Positions 59,262 through 64,000 of a DNA stretch of 64,000 nt are shown here, piece by piece (the stretch's first letter is position 1; every line of letters starts with the position of its first letter). The stretch is from contig JBHGNT010000007.1 of NCBI GenBank assembly GCA_043228905.1, positions 21,142,001 to 21,206,000 of the forward strand. The letters are read 5' to 3'. Origin of the DNA: Azolla caroliniana (lineage: Eukaryota; Plantae; Polypodiophyta). Under the pieces are notes generated by a model that was not told the origin of the DNA, ran no database searches, and worked only from the letters and a program-made list of their open reading frames with translations. Both the position numbers and the translations under genes were made by a program.

Positions 59262-62200
59262 ACTGATATGATTTAAAGCTCCAAGTTACAGGATGAATGA
59301 CGGTTGCAGTGAATTTTTATTATAAGAATAGACTGAACTGCAGAAATGGAATTTCAAAACAATATCAACGCATGCAAAGAAGAAGAAACAACTTAAAGCG
59401 AACTATCATTGCAACAAGTCTATGATCACACAATGAAAACTCTTATTATATTATGATCACACAATTCTATATTTAAGGAACATGAAGATTATGGACAAAG
59501 ATAAAGAGAACGCTTAATTAATGCAGTTATAAGCTCCTCATTGCCACCAACATATTCGCAAAATCTTTAATTTAATCTTACATGCACAAAATCTAGTCGA
59601 GTATCTTATTCTTACACAGTTTTGATCAGAAGAAACATTCGTAATGTACAATTACACTATTTTAACTTTAATCTGGGAGAGAAGAAACGAGATGAAACCA
59701 GTAAAAGTCTATGATTATACATTTATACACTCCAAATATTGTCTCCAACCTCCTCAATTCATATTTATTTGAAGTTAATTATATGCACAAAATCTAATCG
59801 AGTATCTTATCAGTACAATTGGCCTTTGTTAGCATATTACACAGTTTTGATCACAAGAAAAACTCCGAGGTACAATTAACGCTATTTTAACGTTAACCTG
59901 TCCAGAAGAAAAGAGGGATTAAACCTGCTTAGTCTTAGCATCTATCAATATATTACATACAGATATGTATATATTGCATAAAAGTCATGAGCGTTGACCT
60001 TTCAGGTATATTATATACCTTACAGGCAGTTTATACAGCAGGAGAAAAGATAGCCATTATATCAAGCAATTCGCAGAAGAGGCAACCAAATATTTTCCAC
60101 ACATAAAAATTATAGCATTTATCTGTATATATTGCATAAAAAGTCTTAAACATGTTGCACACTCCTCAGTTCGGAGAAGACACATTATACTGCAGGAAAG
60201 AAACCGCTATTTGTTTTATATATGTAATATGAAGCGATTGGCAGAAGAAGAAACCACTTAGTTTGTATACATACAGCGCATGCAGATTCCTTCTTGAACG
60301 TACATTTTTATCGAGGAAACGAAGATGAATACTTGATATCTTCTAATAAAAACACATCGAATAATTGAGCTAATCTGTTGCAGCTTCTGAAGAAGTCGCC
60401 ATTAAAGCTTAACTCTCTCATCAGGTTATAGAAAGACTCAATCATCATGGTATAATGAAGTCAAAACAGAAAGAAGCCACAATATATTCAAAGTATTGTA
60501 ATGGTATAAACGGCTCAACATCATTTGCACACATTAAATGAGAAAGCTTACCACGTTAATGTAATAGTATATATTGAAACTGAAACAAATGAAGCACCAT
60601 GGAAGCACCATGGACAACGACACAGAAAGAAAAACACCGTGTTATTGTAAACAAGTTATATAATCTATAGATATAAGCCAGATATCTCCTGTGCTGGATT
60701 CAGGAATATAGTACACTATATACAGTAACTAGATCGTAAAATAGATAAATATCAAGCAGAAGGAAGCAAAAATCGCACCATATTGTGGTGCATATGTTCT
60801 CATGATGAGATACGGAAACCATATTGTAGTCAAATCAGTATACCTGATTGAGTAATCAATCTTGTGATGCAGGATAATGCATTAAACGATGAATGAGCTC
60901 GGACATCTGAAAAGAAATGAACAGAAATTCAACTGGTTTCTGCACGGCGAGATGATCATGCTTTGTAAAACCTCGACCTTCATTTGAACTCCATGGCCGT
61001 CTTCTTTGTCTGTGAGCTCTCTCTCTCACAGAAGAAGCAACCATGAAGTGAAAGAAAGAAAAAAACATAAAAAATAAATAAATAATAAGGGATAAAAGAA
61101 AAAACAAAAACAAGAAAAAAGAAAAAAGAAAAAGAAAAAGAAAAATAGAAATAACAAAACAAAAGCAAATAGCTATTATTTAGACATCATAATACGTATA
61201 CACACATACACAACATATTAATTAGACATATCTACATAATACATACACACATACACAAGTATACATAGTATGAACCATACGCACCCATACGTGCATTCGC
61301 ATTCGCGTATGATTCTCGTTCGAGTATGGTAAACACCCTAGAAGAATGGTAAATACCATACTTTTGGATTAACTATTTATTATGAGGTAAATAAACATAA
61401 AAAAAAAGGCAAAAAAAAAAAAACCTTAAAAAAGGGGGAAAAAACACAAGAATGTTTGAATAACATTTGCATTCGTTTTCCAACATGTTGGAAAACGAAT
61501 GTTATGCTAGACGAACATGAATTTTATGTACTATGCAAGTATATATACATACATAGCCATACCCATAGAACGTAATATTCGTGTTCGTGCAAGCATTCAA
61601 ACGATTGAAAATGTTTGAAAACGAACACGTTTGAAAAGGGAAAAATACGTGCTCCTTTTTTTTTTCCTTTTTTTCACATTTTCATTGCAAATTCAATTCA
61701 TCCTAGTGGTAAGGAGACATGCTATTGTTGTTTATGTCTTGGGTTTGAGTTCCAATTTTCTCATCCCTCTCTTGTTTTATATTAGTTTTTTTGTTTTTAG
61801 AAATGAGCTTAACCTAGTGGTAAGTTGCCATGCTACTATTGCTTGTGTCTTGAGTTAAATTTCAAACTTTCTCATATCCTCTTGTTATTGTCATGTTACT
61901 TATTTTTTCTTTGTTTGTTATTAGAAATTAGCTCACCCTAATGGTAAATTTTTATTCTATTACTGCCTATGTCATGTTTTCTTCATATTCTCGAATATAC
62001 CTTTTATGAGTTTTTGATTGTTTCTTTTTTCTTCTTTTTCTTTCTTTCTTTGTTATTAGAAATTAGCTCACCCTAGTGATAAGTTGTTATGTTACTATTG
62101 CCTATGTCATATTTTCTTCATATTCTCGAATGTATGTTTTATGAGTTTTTGAACATTTGATTATAATTTATAATGACATATTTTGATTCAATCTCTATAG

Positions 62201-62574
62201 TTCATACTCCTTTTTTTGTAAAGTTCTAAAGTGAGGATGATAGAGATGTCTTGATTCTTAAGAAGCATCCCAAAAGTATGCATGTGATACAATGCAAATA
62301 TTGCAACCATACTTATGTTGGTGGTTCACAATGGATTAGAGTCCACTTATTGGGATTGAGAATGAATCAATATATAGTATAGACCATAGCCAATCCAATC
62401 CAACTTGTCAATCCAATCCAGCTTTGAGATGATTTACCATACACGTTTGATTGAATCATTCTCGAATGCGAATGCACGTATGATACACACGGTTCATTCT
62501 ATGCCCATACCCATACATACAAGAAGTATACATACATACCCATCCACACATTTGCACAAATACATATAAGTTTC

Positions 62575-63259
62575 TGTTGGGAATATGTCCCTCCAGTGGG
62601 AGGATGATCCGATCGTTCGGAAAGCCGACAATCGAAGAGTCAAAAACAATGAGTCGACTGTTTGTGAATTCGACTATTATTATTATGGTAATAATAATGA
62701 TGATGTTAAGAAACAAGTCTCTCCGGATGGGGAGAGAGAGAGGAGCCGAGTTGATGAGGGACTCGGCCGAGGTCGATAGGCCGAGGCCGAAACCATAATC
62801 GTGTATATAGCCAACTCGGGAGGCTATACTTGTAAATAGTCTCAATGTGCGCCGGATGAGGGCTAGGTATGTAAATAGACGAAAAGTTGTGTAAGTATAT
62901 ATGCAACTAGAGCAAACTTTATGATGTGTACAGAAGTTGTAGTGCGCTAGAGTGCGAATAGAGAGACTGAGAGTGTGTGTAAGCCGCGGCATAGGTGTGT
63001 GAGTAACAACAGACGCGAAGAGCCCTGTGCGGCTGATACACTCGACAGAGTGTTGTATTCCTCTTGATGTTGTATATCCACTTTGTATAGTGAAGAAATC
63101 TGTTCACCCGTGGTTTTCCCCGTTTTAGGGTTTCCATGTAAATCTCTGTGCACCATTGTTCATCTTGTCTTTTCTTGGCATATTTCTGTGATTCGTATTT
63201 CAGCGTGTAGTTCGTTTATTGTGATCTATTCCGCATCGATTTCTCATCAGTTTATAACA
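62575..63259 (+). mobile_element. Solo or truncated LTR, probably Ty1/copia
   Basis: Begins TGTTGGG and ends ATAACA. It contains CCCGTGGTTTTCCC...GGGTTTCCATGTAAAT, which resembles copia LTR 3' portions. No partner LTR, PBS or TSD was found. Confidence 0.55.
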
Positions 63260-63694
63260 TTAAGGCATACTCAAATCTAGCCATACATATTGTGGTGCAT
63301 GCCTTTTAATGCACCCTTTTAGCAGGCATGTAGCTAAGCCAACCCAAATGGGCACCTTTGTATCTTCTATAAGTTGAGCAAGAAGTAAGAAGCTAAGTAG
63401 GTTGGTTTTGATATCTTATGTGCATTTCACATAATTGGTGGAGAAGCGGGGTAAAATATTAGCCGCTAACACCTCGTTCATGGCGTCCCAACTCCCTCCC
63501 GCCGCCTCTGAAATCAATACCCCTATGCAGCCTTATGAGCGGCCTCCCCACTTCCAAATGGAGCAGCCCTTGCAAGTGCTCTCCAACGCTATGCTTCAAC
63601 TCAACCCTTGAAATTGACCTCTAGGGTGCTAATGGAAGAGTCAGGCCCCCACGTCCAAGCGTCCGCCTCTTCCGCTTTGTAGTTACTAGTTATG

Positions 63695-64000
63695 CATTGT
63701 TGTCGCCACCATCAATAACTCCACCCACACCATCTTGTTAGACTCTTGTAGTGGTATCTCTTCCATTACTGTTGCCTTAGTTCACCAGTTAGGCCTCCCG
63801 ACATCCACCGCTCCCTCCATCCAAGTCCTTTTTGACGATCACCAACATCTATACCAAGCCCGTTGCACTATCACCTTAGGCAATCTCACTTTCTCACACC
63901 ACTTTTATGTCTTGCCCCACCAACTCTTCCACCTCACCTTAGGCTGTGATTGGTTCCTCAAGCGTCACCCTATAATTGATTTCACTGCCCACCAACTTCT
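63695..64000 (+). mobile_element. Ty3/gypsy aspartic protease remnant, running off the window edge
   Basis: VVATINNSTHTILLDSCSGISSI...LVHQLGLP...FYVLP....LTLGCDWFLKRHPIIDF follows the retropepsin pattern. Confidence 0.75.

Overview
AT-rich land-plant nuclear DNA. The PLS-PPR gene and the retroelement types suggest a seed-free vascular plant such as a fern, but that is an inference. Seven host genes are present: the 3' part of an EBS/SHL-like BAH-PHD chromatin reader (+), a PLS-class PPR protein with a decayed E domain (+), a pectin methylesterase (-), Elongator subunit ELP3 (-, 9 exons, one GC-AG intron, a deleted Ty1/copia element in intron 3), Rubisco accumulation factor RAF1 (+), an OSCA/CSC1 channel (+, 10 exons) and a fasciclin-like protein (-). 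The centre (about 27.2-43.1 kb) is a three-layer retroelement nest. An old L1-type LINE was split by a chromodomain-bearing Ty3/gypsy element (5-bp TSD GGTTA). That element's 5' LTR was then split by a younger, GC-rich, atypical Ty3/gypsy element (4-bp TSD ACGT, tRNA-Trp primer site, DHG protease motif). The inner element has a candidate -1 frameshift signal (G GAU UUU plus a predicted H-type pseudoknot) placed after the protease. Other notable structures: an amplified start-codon region that creates hairpin+uORF units before OSCA, a 44-bp inverted-duplication hairpin in the LINE, and a palindromic-motif array in the chromovirus leader. All calls were read by eye; no database searches were run.
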